In this document: positions 29,101 through 38,625 of the stretch, piece by piece
How positions within the stretch are numbered: the first letter of the stretch is position 1
Layout of the letters: every line of letters starts with the position of its first letter
DNA from: Sedimentisphaerales bacterium
GTDB lineage: Bacteria; Planctomycetota; Phycisphaerae; Sedimentisphaerales; Anaerobacaceae
Assembly: GCA_040772485.1 (NCBI GenBank)
Contig: JAXGYC010000008.1
Span: forward strand, 64,001-128,000
Length of the DNA stretch: 64,000 bases
Direction of reading: 5' to 3'
Program-made: the position numbers and the translations under genes
Notes under the pieces: generated by a model
The model's input: the letters and a program-made list of their open reading frames with translations, nothing else
Told to the model about the DNA's origin: nothing
Databases searched by the model: none

Positions 29101-30001
29101 GCTTGCCGTAGCTGCGGTCGGCCAGGGGATAGTACAACAACTCGCCGGTCGCGCAGTCGAAGCACGCCGGGGTGGTTCGGCTCGTCACCAGCAGCTTGTT
29201 CCCATCCGAGGCCAGGTATCCTTGCGGCGCCACACCGGCGAACGCGGGGCTGTTGTGCTGTTGCGGAATGTAGATCGAGCCGGTGCCGCTGTTCTCCCAA
29301 ATCACGCGGCCCGTCACGGCATCGAGTGCATAGATGAAGACCCCCATGAACGGCCAGATGCTGGCGGAGCAGTAAATCCTGCCGTCATGCAACACCGGCC
29401 CGCCACGTGCCGGCCACGCCGAGATAAGCCTGCCATTGCCCAGAATCCTGCGGGTCGATGGCGCCAGGCGGGATCTCCAGAGCAGCGCGCCATCCCTGGC
29501 CGCCAGGCAGTAGAGACAGCCGTCGTCGCTGGCGAAGTATACGCGGCCTTGCCACGCGATCGGCGCAAAGCGGATCGGCCCATCGCAGAAGAACTGCCAA
29601 TTCTGCCTGCCGGTTTCCGTATCGTAGGCCTCGATCTTGTCACTGACCATCGATGGCACGAAGATCTGGTCGCCCATGACGACCGGCTCATAGGACCGGT
29701 CGAACTGGAGCTTGTACTGCTCCTCGCGCCATGCGGGGGCGGGCTTCGGCAGTCGCCGGATCCACTGAAGACGCAGGTCGGCCGGCAAGGAGACGGGCGA
29801 GGCGCCGCTGCGGCTGGCGTCGTACCGCCACATGGGCCAGTCGGCGGCGCTGCGCCGAAGACCGTCCACAGGCCATCTCCACCAGTTGGCGAGGATCGAC
29901 GTAAGAGTCAGACAGACAGCCGCCACGGGGACAAAGACGAGGACGTGCCCGGCGACCTTCAGATGCCTTTTGCGGTCGCCGGTGTCCAGCGGTGCGAGCA
30001 T
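26108..30001 (-). CDS. PQQ-like beta-propeller / methyltransferase-like / beta-propeller / malectin-like protein
   Basis: N-terminal TM; DWPMWRYDASRSG; GYCLWLGVGNG; WTHQYGDVANT; C-terminal YTVRLHFME...RRFDVALNG...FDIVAEAG malectin signature. Confidence 0.82.
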   Translation of the reverse strand: MLAPLDTGDRKRHLKVAGHVLVFVPVAAVCLTLTSILANWWRWPVDGLRRSAADWPMWRYDASRSGASPVSLPADLRLQWIRRLPKPAPAWREEQYKLQFDRSYEPVVMGDQIFVPSMVSDKIEAYDTETGRQNWQFFCDGPIRFAPIAWQGRVYFASDDGCLYCLAARDGALLWRSRLAPSTRRILGNGRLISAWPARGGPVLHDGRIYCSASIWPFMGVFIYALDAVTGRVIWENSGTGSIYIPQQHNSPAFAGVAPQGYLASDGNKLLVTSRTTPACFDCATGELLYYPLADRSYGKHVGGYGASIWKDWYFNNAVAYRLSDGLALGPIAADVMDGDAVVGIGAAGEIVGATLAEEQTVDPKDKKTKTRLAAQAVWKFQTDPALDRIHIKAGSRLYGSSDEGLIAAIEAPEGDKPARTVWRARVHGPVWNMVAGDGKLFVITQDGHLYCFGAARRSPVRRMSIAHGLRPAPRSESGRVKEILAQGVDAKGYCLWLGVGNGRLLTELLRQSQMHVIAIEPDAEKVASLRKRLDGVGLYGSRVSILHADVDFADLPPYVASLVVVENLKAAGLEGNARRIDAMCELLRPYSGVAWIAAGKEQQLAICSRLANAELPGFRVDTAKGAVVIQRSGPVPGSADWTHQYGDVANTVCSKDQLRLPLGILWFGEEAGFGDVLPRHGHGPPEQVVGGRLFIQGIDSFSARDVYTGRVLWKKPLTASTFGEYYDASYKHDFRYLGYGQGHIPGANARGTNFVATADRIYVIQEDACHVLDPATGRTQQVFPLPAQEGQGSRRWAYIGVCEDYLIAGASFVRHSPLLKPPGEKPDAAAPFVDWSASRTLIVMNRYDGKVLWSVEADHGFIHNGIAAGGGMVFCLDVVPPYVKRNAREGAEVGQTSRLLAMDLRTGRVVWDNRDSVFGTWLGFSEPFGILVQAYRKSGDMLWEPGDRMAAFRARTGEVLWDERMDYSGPCMLRGGTVLTQGSACDLLTGRRRTYPHPLTGEPIPWQYARNHGCNTAIASENLLTFRSAAAGYYDLSNDGGTGNFGGFRSGCTSNLIVANGVLNAPDYTSTCTCSYQNQTSLAMVHTPDVEMWTFSKVEPSDAPIQSVGINLGAPGDRRAENGTLWLEYPIVGGSSAELDMAVAPEELSWFRRHSSRLRRSDIPWVEASGAKGLRSVRVRMAGGVGWALAHADGSQHGLKPILQQADAQRSYTVRLHFMEPENKKAGERRFDVALNGQTVLEDFDIVAEAGSPNVGIVRTFKGIQTSDFVTISLTPTDACSETILCGIEIVAEQPL
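26389..26446. repeat. Perfect REP doublet (REPIN-like), family A, inside a CDS
   Basis: GTAGGATGGGCTTTAGCCCATGC (26389-26411), a 12-nt spacer, then the exact reverse complement (26424-26446). Confidence 0.92.
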
Positions 30002-33000
30002 ACGATCTCCACGAAGTTGATTACGGGCGCCTCCGACTCGCCGGACGTCCTGGTCTTTGGGACCAGTTCCAGGACGAGCGTGTCATCGACGGCAATGTCC
30101 GGGAAGTCCCGGATGATGGCTCGGTCGACGCCGCCGGCAAGCTGGGCGATGTCGAAGGTTTCACAAACGGTCCGACCCTGGAGCTTGATCCCGAATACCC
30201 GCTGACCGGGTCTGTCACCCTCGCGGGCCCGGAATCCGAGGCGGACCGTGTACAGGGTCGGGACGTGGCCTGCCTGGCCATCGAGCAACGGGATCTCGCA
30301 CCGGCACAACCCCAGACACCCGGAAGTGAAGAGCCAGGGTTTCTCCGTCCCGTCGACGGTGATCCCTTTGAAATCCTGACAGAAGTACCCCATCTCGTCG
30401 AGGATTTCCTCCTTCAGATCGAACTTGATGCCGTAGTTGACGAAATGGTTCTGGGTATATACGGTCCGGGGATTGGGGTAGGCCAGCCACAACGTGCCGT
30501 CGTCATCCTTCATATCCGCCGGCGCGCCGAAGTTGATGGCGAGGTGTTTGACGGGCCGTTCATACGTGCCCGGCACGACCTGGCCCTTCGTGTCCAGTTC
30601 GGTATGGTTGATGAACACGGTCCAGGGCTGAGCCCTTTGCGGCTTATTCACCAGGGCAAACGAACCGCGAAGCGGGAAGGAGCACGTGCAGCCCACGCTC
30701 GCTTCCGGAACCAGCACCAGACCGTTGGCCGGGATCATGTTGATCCAGCACCCGGGGCGAATGCCGCCGAAGATGGCGACGCCGGCGTCGCGCGCCAGAT
30801 CGTAGATCGCCGTGCTCGACGAACGGTAGAACAGGGCGCTCGCCGAGGCGCTGGTGATCGCGCAGGTATGTCCCGGACGGAGGAACTCCCACGGCACTTC
30901 CTTCTCCGAGATCGGATCGATACGCGACAGGATCTGGCCCGTGCGCAGATCGCACATCCTCGGCTCGATGACAATCCGCTCGCCGATGATCACGGGCCGC
31001 GTGCGATAGTTGACCGGACGCGACCACAGGATCGCGCCGCTCGATGCGGACATGGCCACGATCCGGCGGTAGGTGAGCTGGCTCTCTCTGAATCGGTAGG
31101 CGTCGTGATTGCCGACGCAGCCGAAGAACAGCAGGACATCGTCCTGGCAGGCCGAGCCCATGGCGTCGCCGCAGCAACCGGTGAAGTCTACGGCTCGTTC
31201 CCACAACTTCTTGCCGCTCTGGGCGTCCAGGGCCACCACGAGTCTCGTATCCGACGACTCATAGCCCTCGGTCCTCTTCATTTCCTCCGTCTGTTCGTAC
31301 AGTCCCTGCCGTATCAGCGTTTGCCGCTCATCAAGGGCCTGGCCTGCCAGCGCATCGGTGACAACGCTCTCGGCGAAGAAGACCTTTCCACCTGCGATGG
31401 AAAGGGTCAGATTCGCGATCCGCTTGCCCGAATAGGTCCAACGCACCGCTCCGGTGTTCGGGTCGAGGGCAAAAACCATGTCGCCCGTCATCATCCGGTC
31501 GGTCACCGAGCCCTTGGCCGGGCTGTAGTTCTCCCAGGCCGGGTAACTGGCCATGGGAAACCATTTGGCGTTCGATCTGGTGTATGCCCGGAGCGTGTCG
31601 TCATCGGGATCGGCAAACTTAGCCCTGAGTTCCGTGGCATACGGCTGCTTCAAGGGCTCGGCCCGGATGCCAAACAAGGTGTTCTGATCCGTCGAGACGC
31701 AGCCCCAGCGGTAGCTCCCGCTGCTCCCTCCCGGCAGGTCATACACCCGAACAGTCTCGCCGGTGGCCGGAGCGAGACCGACGCACCGATCATAGGCCGC
31801 CACATACAGGGCGTCCTTCGTCAGGGCCAGGTTGCCCCCGTCGACGTCGACCCGCGCCCGCACTGCGCCCGGAATCCGGCGTTCCCATAGGGGCGTCCCG
31901 TTGTAGGCGTCCAGGGCCACGATCCGTTCCTCTCCCTGGATGAACAGACGGCCATCCATCGCGACAGGACTCTGGGCCTTTGCGTGCCTCTCCACCATCG
32001 CCAGCGGACCCGGCTCGCCGAACCAGAGCACGCCAAGGGGCCCTTTGGCCATCGTGTCAGGGGAACAGGCCGTGTTCTGCGGATTGCCGTACTGCTGAGT
32101 CCATCCCGCGGTCCCTTCGAGTGGCGGGCGTGTGAACGTGCGCCACTGGAGACCGCCACGGCCGTCAGGCGTGGCCCCAACGGCGGTTCCGCCACCAGGC
32201 CTCAGGACGCGCTCCACTTGTTCCCGCGTCACCTCCGCCGTGCCGGTGGTCAACAAGCCGTCGGAGACAACCAGATTGGCGAAGTAAGGGGGCAGGGAAT
32301 CGATGTCCCACGGCTCCACGACCACCCGCGTGCCAAGCAGCCCGACCGACAGCAGTCTCTGGCGGGCGATGCACAGTTTGGCTGGATCCTTTTCGAGGCC
32401 TACAATCTGGAGGTCGGTGATCCGGCTCAACTCGTAAGCAAGCTGACCCGTGTCGGCGTCCAGAATGAGACAGTAACCTTTCGTCGTGTTGCTCCGGTCC
32501 ACGATCTGGCGAGCAACCTGCCGGTACAGGTCGCCCTGCGGGTCATCGCGAAAGGCATTCGGATCGTGCGCACTACGTGTCCCTTCCGACGCGGTGCATC
32601 TGGTGGCTGCAAAACAGTGTATCCTGCCCTCCTCCGTACTGACAATCAGAGAGCCGCTGCCGGCGGCCAGACTCACGGAGTTTCCGGCCAGGTTCGACTG
32701 CCATACTCTCCGCCCGGTCTCGACGTCCACGCCCAGGACCTGGTTCAAACCGCCGACAAAAAGCGTTTCGCCCGCCAGGATCAGAGAACGGCACTGCGGA
32801 ACGGGCAGATACCATGTGTGGCAGGAATCGCGAAGCTGCCGCTCCGCCGCCAGGCGCCCGGCCGTAAGGCGGCCGATCTCATCGATCCTGTCGTGGATTC
32901 GGGTCTGTTGCTCAGCCCCCGCCTTCTGGACATCTTCTCGCAGCTTGGCAAGCTCTTGTCCCAGCGCTTGGCGCGCCTCCGTGGAGGCAGCGACCTTCTG

Positions 33001-34074
33001 CCGCGCTTCGGCGTGCGCGTCGCGGTCGATGGCGTACAAACCGGCGGGCGTCAGAACGTACGCGAAGTTGCCCCGGACCACCATATCCAGTCCGGGGAAC
33101 CAGGCGAACACGTCTCCTTTGCTCTGGCCGGTTTTTGAATCGTATGCGACCTTGTGAGGCGTCCCGGATCGGTCTACCCCGGCAATGAGTTCATCACCGG
33201 CCAGCAAAGACCAGGTCCCGCCCTGCTTGCCCCCGGGAAAGGCCCAGAACAGAAACTGGCCACTTCGTCGACTGAAGGCGGCGGGCATCGCGCGGCCTGC
33301 AGGAACGTATAGAGTCTCGTCGGAAGCCAGCAGATACCCGTGGGGAGATATGCCGCCGTAGCTCAGCTCGTGGGCGCGATCACCAATCGTATCGTTCTTC
33401 CACACAAACGAACCGTCAGCGGCATTGAGGGCGCAGATGTAGATCCCCTCGTAGGGAAATACTCCGGCGCCGCAGTAGACCACACCCCAGTCTACCAGCA
33501 CGCTCGTGCGGATCGGCCAGAGGGAGATCATCCGCCCGTTGCCAAGGACTTTCTCGTCGCTCGGACCCGGCCGCTGCCGCCAGATCAGCGATCCATCGAC
33601 CGCACTGAGGCAATAGACATAGCCGTCGTCCGACCCGGCGTAGACACGACCCTCGTGAACGGTCGGGGCGAAACGGACCGGGCCTTCGGTGAAGTAGCTC
33701 CAGCACACCGCCCCCGAAGCGACATCAATCGCGCAGAGTTCATCCGTCACGGAGGACCCGAAGAACGCGCGACCATCGGCCAGCGCCACGTGAAAGGCGC
33801 TGTCCGCGTGCATGCGGGGCATTTCCTCCGACGGTGCGGGCCAGGCAGGCTTGGGTGGATGCGCGGGGGTGTAGGTCCACTGAAGCGAGAGCTCGGCCGG
33901 CAGGCTCTCGGCGCCCACTCCGCTGCGAGCGGCGTCACACCGGTATGTCGGCCAGTCGGCCGCTGCGGCCACGCCTCCCATACCATGCGTGAATGCACAG
34001 CATAGGGCTGTTGCAGCAAAACACAGGAAACCTGTCCTGAATCGAAACCGGATGACTGGAAACTGTCGGCTCAT
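29959..34074 (-). CDS. Exported PQQ-like beta-propeller / methyltransferase-like / beta-propeller / malectin-like protein
   Basis: SD GGAGG and signal peptide; DWPTYRCDAARSG; coiled-coil-like insert; GYCLILDADTG, VLRPGGG; WTQQYGNPQNT; YTVRLGF...RVFGIKLQG malectin-like end. Confidence 0.85.
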   Translation of the reverse strand: MSRQFPVIRFRFRTGFLCFAATALCCAFTHGMGGVAAAADWPTYRCDAARSGVGAESLPAELSLQWTYTPAHPPKPAWPAPSEEMPRMHADSAFHVALADGRAFFGSSVTDELCAIDVASGAVCWSYFTEGPVRFAPTVHEGRVYAGSDDGYVYCLSAVDGSLIWRQRPGPSDEKVLGNGRMISLWPIRTSVLVDWGVVYCGAGVFPYEGIYICALNAADGSFVWKNDTIGDRAHELSYGGISPHGYLLASDETLYVPAGRAMPAAFSRRSGQFLFWAFPGGKQGGTWSLLAGDELIAGVDRSGTPHKVAYDSKTGQSKGDVFAWFPGLDMVVRGNFAYVLTPAGLYAIDRDAHAEARQKVAASTEARQALGQELAKLREDVQKAGAEQQTRIHDRIDEIGRLTAGRLAAERQLRDSCHTWYLPVPQCRSLILAGETLFVGGLNQVLGVDVETGRRVWQSNLAGNSVSLAAGSGSLIVSTEEGRIHCFAATRCTASEGTRSAHDPNAFRDDPQGDLYRQVARQIVDRSNTTKGYCLILDADTGQLAYELSRITDLQIVGLEKDPAKLCIARQRLLSVGLLGTRVVVEPWDIDSLPPYFANLVVSDGLLTTGTAEVTREQVERVLRPGGGTAVGATPDGRGGLQWRTFTRPPLEGTAGWTQQYGNPQNTACSPDTMAKGPLGVLWFGEPGPLAMVERHAKAQSPVAMDGRLFIQGEERIVALDAYNGTPLWERRIPGAVRARVDVDGGNLALTKDALYVAAYDRCVGLAPATGETVRVYDLPGGSSGSYRWGCVSTDQNTLFGIRAEPLKQPYATELRAKFADPDDDTLRAYTRSNAKWFPMASYPAWENYSPAKGSVTDRMMTGDMVFALDPNTGAVRWTYSGKRIANLTLSIAGGKVFFAESVVTDALAGQALDERQTLIRQGLYEQTEEMKRTEGYESSDTRLVVALDAQSGKKLWERAVDFTGCCGDAMGSACQDDVLLFFGCVGNHDAYRFRESQLTYRRIVAMSASSGAILWSRPVNYRTRPVIIGERIVIEPRMCDLRTGQILSRIDPISEKEVPWEFLRPGHTCAITSASASALFYRSSSTAIYDLARDAGVAIFGGIRPGCWINMIPANGLVLVPEASVGCTCSFPLRGSFALVNKPQRAQPWTVFINHTELDTKGQVVPGTYERPVKHLAINFGAPADMKDDDGTLWLAYPNPRTVYTQNHFVNYGIKFDLKEEILDEMGYFCQDFKGITVDGTEKPWLFTSGCLGLCRCEIPLLDGQAGHVPTLYTVRLGFRAREGDRPGQRVFGIKLQGRTVCETFDIAQLAGGVDRAIIRDFPDIAVDDTLVLELVPKTRTSGESEAPVINFVEIVCSHRWTPATAKGI

Positions 34075-34178
34075 GTGGTTTGCCTCCCCTGCAGCGGTTG
34101 AGGTCAGATCGGACAAACGCTGGATGTTCCGGTGTCTTTTACTCATCGCCAGACAATGGCACAGCCTTCTGCCCACAA

Positions 34179-34207
34179 AGAGTATCAGACTTTGGCCCCA
34201 GATACAA
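34179..34207 (-). promoter_or_regulatory. Putative sigma70 promoter for the propeller/ABC operon
   Basis: TTGTAT-N17-TACTCT with an extended -10 TG. Confidence 0.45.
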
Positions 34208-34255
34208 TGAACAGATTAGCCCGGAAACGAAGAGGGCTCCGGCACGAAGAGTCTC

Positions 34256-34280
34256 GCAGGATGGGCTTGAGCCCATGCGG
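34256..34280 (+). repeat. REP element, family A (GCAG variant)
   Basis: GCAGGATGGGCTTGAGCCCATGCGG; two differences from the 17391 copy. Confidence 0.8.
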
Positions 34281-34303
34281 CCGATACGGCACAGACCGAT
34301 CCG

Positions 34304-34331
34304 GTAGGGGCGAATAATTATCCGCCCCTAC
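34304..34331. repeat. GTAG-terminated 28-bp palindromic REP, family B
   Basis: GTAGGGGCG-AATAATTATC-CGCCCCTAC; overlaps the last codons and TAA of the methyltransferase gene. Confidence 0.8.
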
Positions 34332-35097
34332 TCTTGCGAAACTCCACCCAGACGCCGTAGTTCACACCGGCCTCGTTGTCCAGCCTCGGCCGGATGACGC
34401 GATAGTCCTTTATCCTCAGCGATTTCATGATGGCATGCAGTTCCTGAGCCGTCGCCGCAACATCATACTGCGGCCCCTCGCCTCGTCCCCCGCGCACCGC
34501 CTGGGCCACCTCGAGCGGCAGATTCGGCGAGAGACCGCGCCCGATATAAGCCACACCGCCGGGTTTGAGAACCCGTCGAACCTCCCGAAACGCTGCGACC
34601 TTGTCGCCCCACAACCAGAATGAGCCTCGCGAGACGATCACGTCCGCATAGTCATCTCGAAACGGCAGGGCCTGGGCATCGGCCTGGATGGCGCTGACCC
34701 GGCCGCCACAGCCATGTTCCTCTGCTCGTTGCAGGAAATAGGGGAAAAAGTGTGGATTGATATCGGCATTGATCCAGTGCATCTCCGTCCGTTTGCACAA
34801 TTCAATGACCAGCGTCCCCGGCCCACTGCCCAGATCAATCCCAATCCCGGTTTTGCCGCCAAGGTCCAGGTCGTCCACGAGTTGCTCTGCCAGAGGACCA
34901 TACACCGGCGCCAGCCGTCCCTCGCTCGACCGGATCATCCGAAGGGCATCCTCTCGGGAGTGCTCCTTCGGGGCTTCTGTCACCCGGTCGGCGTTCGAGA
35001 CGCGAGGACCGGCCCCCCCGCATCCGACGAGCAACGTCAACGCCGCCAGCACGATGCAGAACCGGCCTGCGCCCGGACCCTGAAGAGCCTTTGTCAT
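34318..35097 (-). CDS. Class I SAM-dependent methyltransferase with predicted lipoprotein signal
   Basis: IDLGSGPG motif I, ADAQALPF, DVIVSRGS, RRVLKPGG; N-terminal hydrophobic stretch ending LLVG|C. The start is uncertain. Confidence 0.85.
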   Translation of the reverse strand: MTKALQGPGAGRFCIVLAALTLLVGCGGAGPRVSNADRVTEAPKEHSREDALRMIRSSEGRLAPVYGPLAEQLVDDLDLGGKTGIGIDLGSGPGTLVIELCKRTEMHWINADINPHFFPYFLQRAEEHGCGGRVSAIQADAQALPFRDDYADVIVSRGSFWLWGDKVAAFREVRRVLKPGGVAYIGRGLSPNLPLEVAQAVRGGRGEGPQYDVAATAQELHAIMKSLRIKDYRVIRPRLDNEAGVNYGVWVEFRKSRGG

Positions 35098-35447
35098 GAT
35101 CGGTATCCATCCAATCGCACTGAGTCGGGTATGCTTCCACGCATCGCCTGGACCTCTGGGCGGGGTAGCCAACACAACTCCGCCGGAGAACCCGGGAGCG
35201 TACGATCCCCGGCGCCGGAATCAGGCGCCGGACTCGATCCGCATTGTACGCCGGCTTCGGGAACCTGTCCACATTCACGGCAGATCGGAACATTTCCGTG
35301 CGAAACGACCCCAAACGGATGAACCCAGGTATTGACGCCGGAGGCAGTAATCTGGCACCATAAGAGTAGCGCCGTACGGGAAGACAATCCGGCAAACGAA
35401 ATGAGGGACCCCGAACGGTGCGGCAATAGCCATGAGAGGGCCGAGCA

Positions 35448-36200
35448 ATGCGCAGACGTGGTCGAGTTGGGTTTGGGTTCACGCTGATCGAGTTGCTCGT
35501 CGTCATCGCCGTCATTGCCATCCTGATGGCGATTCTGGCGCCCGCGCTGCGCAAGGCCCGATTCCACGCCAGCGAGGCCGCGTGCCTGAGCAATTTGCGG
35601 CAGATCAACCTGGCCCTGGTCGCCTATGCCAACGACGATGACCGGACCCGCTATCCACTGGAGCCGACCGAACACAATCCGCATCCCGGCCTGCTGGAGA
35701 AGATCGGGGCGCAACGGAATGGGGTCCTGATGGAGGCCTTCTACTGTCCGCAGGCTCGCGACCTGGAACAGAACGCCAACGATCCCAATGGCGGCACGCC
35801 CGTCGGCGGCACCGATTCGGTGATCGATACGCCCCAGAACCGCCAGCAGGGCAATGTCACCTACATTTACTGGAGCTTCCGGATGAACAAGCCGGGCCAG
35901 GCGGGAGGCACGTGGCGCGACACGTCCCAATTCCTGCCCCGACAGCTCACACTCTCCGGCATCGAAGCGCACCGCGAATGGCTGGGCCAGACCACCAAGA
36001 CCGAATTCCAGACGAATCGCTATCGGGCCTGCACGCTCGCTCAACCGGCGGAAACCTGGGTGATCTGCGATTTCTTCCGCAAGGGAGGAATCTTCCCGCA
36101 TGGTCGCCGAGGCGGCGCCAACGCCGGCGGCATCAACGTCAGCTACCTCGACGGTCACGCCGCTCGCGTGTACAAACAACCGAAAGACAGCTATCGCTGA
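35448..36200 (+). CDS. Prepilin-type N-terminal cleavage/methylation domain protein
   Basis: [46 protein letters not shown]. Confidence 0.9.
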   Translation: MRRRGRVGFGFTLIELLVVIAVIAILMAILAPALRKARFHASEAACLSNLRQINLALVAYANDDDRTRYPLEPTEHNPHPGLLEKIGAQRNGVLMEAFYCPQARDLEQNANDPNGGTPVGGTDSVIDTPQNRQQGNVTYIYWSFRMNKPGQAGGTWRDTSQFLPRQLTLSGIEAHREWLGQTTKTEFQTNRYRACTLAQPAETWVICDFFRKGGIFPHGRRGGANAGGINVSYLDGHAARVYKQPKDSYR

Positions 36201-36255
36201 GGTGGCGAGTCGACAGGATGGGTCTGTCGTCTTTCGTGGTTGAGAAAGGACAAAC

Positions 36256-38625
36256 GTGAGGACAAGCACGGAAACTCTGCACTGCCTTGTGGCCGCAGCG
36301 CTGATCGTTCTGGCGCCCGCGAAGGCTTGGGGACCGCTCGGTCTGAGCATAGCACGCGGGCAAGACAGACCTTCGCCCGAGCCCGCTCCCATCCAGATGG
36401 AACTCGGGCCATACGTGCGGTACACCTCGCCATCACAGGCGGTCGTGTCGTGGTGGACCGAGGACGAGGTCCCGTCCATTCTGGACTACGGCCTGGCCGG
36501 GCCGAGGGCAAAGTACTCCCCAAGCATCCAGTTGCTTGGACGCGATCGAGGCGGGTTAGAGAACCGCAAGCAGGACGAGCAGCCAAAGCGACACCATGCC
36601 CTCACGATCGAAGGATTGCGGCCGAATCGAGTGTATGCCTACCGTATCACCCTGCGGCTGGGCGACGTGGAGCAAAGCAGCGAGGTCTATGAGCTGGATA
36701 CCGCCGTCAACTACAGCGTCCGTCCGCTGCCGACAGGTTTGGCCATAGCAGGCGACCCTGAACACGCCGAGCAGATGCGCCGCATCGCCGGAGAGATACT
36801 GGAGCGCAGCGACGCGACGAAGGGGTACTGTCTCGTCTGGGGCCTTGTGGACGGCGTGCTGGCGTATGAGCTGGCCGCTGGCAGCGATCTGACCGTGATT
36901 GGGATCGATGACGATGCCGAGCGCGTGGCGCAGGTGCGCAACGACCTCTACCAGGCCGGCGTCTATGGAACGCGGCTCATGGTGCAGCACGTGGATGGTT
37001 TTGAAGAGCTGCCCTACCCGGGCAACTTCGCGAACCTCATCGTTTCGGAACGCATGGTCGTCGAAGGACAGTGTGTGGGACCGGCCGCCGAGATGTACCG
37101 CCTCGTGCGACCGCGAGGAAGCGCCGCCATCCTGTCCTGCCCGCCGGCCGCGCCCACGTCCATGCCCGCGGTGGAGGCATGGCTCAACGCCGCTTCAATC
37201 GACCACGTTGAGCAGGAGACACCTGCCGGCCTGTTCTACATCGTGACCAAACCCATGCCACCGGGCTGCGGCTCGTGGACCCACCAGTACGGGGACGCGG
37301 GGAACACCGCTAACAGCCACGATGATCTCAACGGAGCCACGCAGACCGACCAGATGCGGGTGCAGTGGCTGGGCAGGCCGGGCGCCGATTTCGGCATGGA
37401 CCGAAATCCCCGCATGCCCGCACCCCTGGCTGCCAACGGCAAGCTCTTCCATCAGGGTATGAACCGAATGGTCGCCATCGATGCGTACAATGGGACGATT
37501 CTCTGGTCGCTGGAAGTCCCGGCTATGCGGCGCGTCAACCTGCCACGAGATGCAAGCAACTGGTGCACCGATGATGCCGCCCTCTACGTGGCCGTCCTGG
37601 GCGACTGCTGGGTGATCGGACACTCCGACGGCGCGCTTCAGCAAGTCGTCGAACTGCCCGAGGGCTTCAACCGCCAGCAGTACGACTGGGGTTACCTCGC
37701 CCGCAAGGATAGTCTGCTTTTCGGCAGCGCCGTCAGGAAGAACACCAGCTATACCGAGTTCTGGGGCCATGACGCGTGGTATGACAGAACCGTCGGCGCC
37801 GGGACCGAGAAGGTCTGTAGCGATGCCCTGTTCGCCTATGATCTGGGGACCGGCCAGCCGGCGTGGACCCGACGCAACGGCGTCGTGATCAACACGACGA
37901 TCGCTGTCGGGAAACAGGGTGTCGTTTTCGTCGAATCTCGGAACCCGGCCGTCCAAAGCTCGCCTACGCGCCGGCTCAACGATTTGCCGTTGTGGTCCGA
38001 TCAGTATCTCGTATGCCTCGACACGCAGACCGGTGAGCCCATCTGGGAGACCCCCCTCGACACCGCCGACGGAATCGTCGTGTTCTACCTCGCCTGCACG
38101 GATGACGCCATCGTGATCGCCTCGTCCGGTGCAGGCAAGTACCACTTGTATCGGTACAGCTCCGATACCGGTAAGTTCCTCTGGCACGCCGAGCATAGTT
38201 GGTCCGGCGACAATCACGGCGCCCACATGCAACACCCAGTCGTGCTGACGGACCGGATCTTCCTGGAGCCGTGCGGCTATGACCTCGCGACAGGACGACT
38301 CCTGACCTCTTCGATGAGTCCGCGAGAGGGTTGCGCCACGTACTGCGGCACGAATTACGCTCTTGTCCATCGAGGTCAAGCCCGATGCGTTGCGATGTGG
38401 GACTTCAACACCGGCCGCATCACGACCTGGCGGAACCTGCGTCCAAGCTGCTGGCTCAGCACGATTGTTGGCGAGGGAATGATATTGTCGCCCGAAGGCG
38501 GCGGAGGGTGCAGTTGTGGCAACTGGCTGGAGACTTCAATGGCCTTCTCACCGCTGCAGGTCAGTACTGCCCCCGCCAGAAGACCTTTGCCAACAGGCGG
38601 TGACGCGATCGAAAGTGGGCAATGA
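36256..38625 (+). CDS. Exported Fn3-like / methyltransferase-like / PQQ-like beta-propeller protein
   Basis: Signal peptide; GPYV...VSWWT...LRPNRVYAYRI (Fn3/PAP-N-like); GYCLVWG, LPYPGNFANLIVS; WTHQYGDAGNT; terminal Cys motif. Confidence 0.8.
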   Translation: MRTSTETLHCLVAAALIVLAPAKAWGPLGLSIARGQDRPSPEPAPIQMELGPYVRYTSPSQAVVSWWTEDEVPSILDYGLAGPRAKYSPSIQLLGRDRGGLENRKQDEQPKRHHALTIEGLRPNRVYAYRITLRLGDVEQSSEVYELDTAVNYSVRPLPTGLAIAGDPEHAEQMRRIAGEILERSDATKGYCLVWGLVDGVLAYELAAGSDLTVIGIDDDAERVAQVRNDLYQAGVYGTRLMVQHVDGFEELPYPGNFANLIVSERMVVEGQCVGPAAEMYRLVRPRGSAAILSCPPAAPTSMPAVEAWLNAASIDHVEQETPAGLFYIVTKPMPPGCGSWTHQYGDAGNTANSHDDLNGATQTDQMRVQWLGRPGADFGMDRNPRMPAPLAANGKLFHQGMNRMVAIDAYNGTILWSLEVPAMRRVNLPRDASNWCTDDAALYVAVLGDCWVIGHSDGALQQVVELPEGFNRQQYDWGYLARKDSLLFGSAVRKNTSYTEFWGHDAWYDRTVGAGTEKVCSDALFAYDLGTGQPAWTRRNGVVINTTIAVGKQGVVFVESRNPAVQSSPTRRLNDLPLWSDQYLVCLDTQTGEPIWETPLDTADGIVVFYLACTDDAIVIASSGAGKYHLYRYSSDTGKFLWHAEHSWSGDNHGAHMQHPVVLTDRIFLEPCGYDLATGRLLTSSMSPREGCATYCGTNYALVHRGQARCVAMWDFNTGRITTWRNLRPSCWLSTIVGEGMILSPEGGGGCSCGNWLETSMAFSPLQVSTAPARRPLPTGGDAIESGQ

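Noticed and set aside
34157..34175. TGGCAC sigma54-like -24 box (also near 35353)
   Set aside because: The GG-N10-GC spacing is not met.
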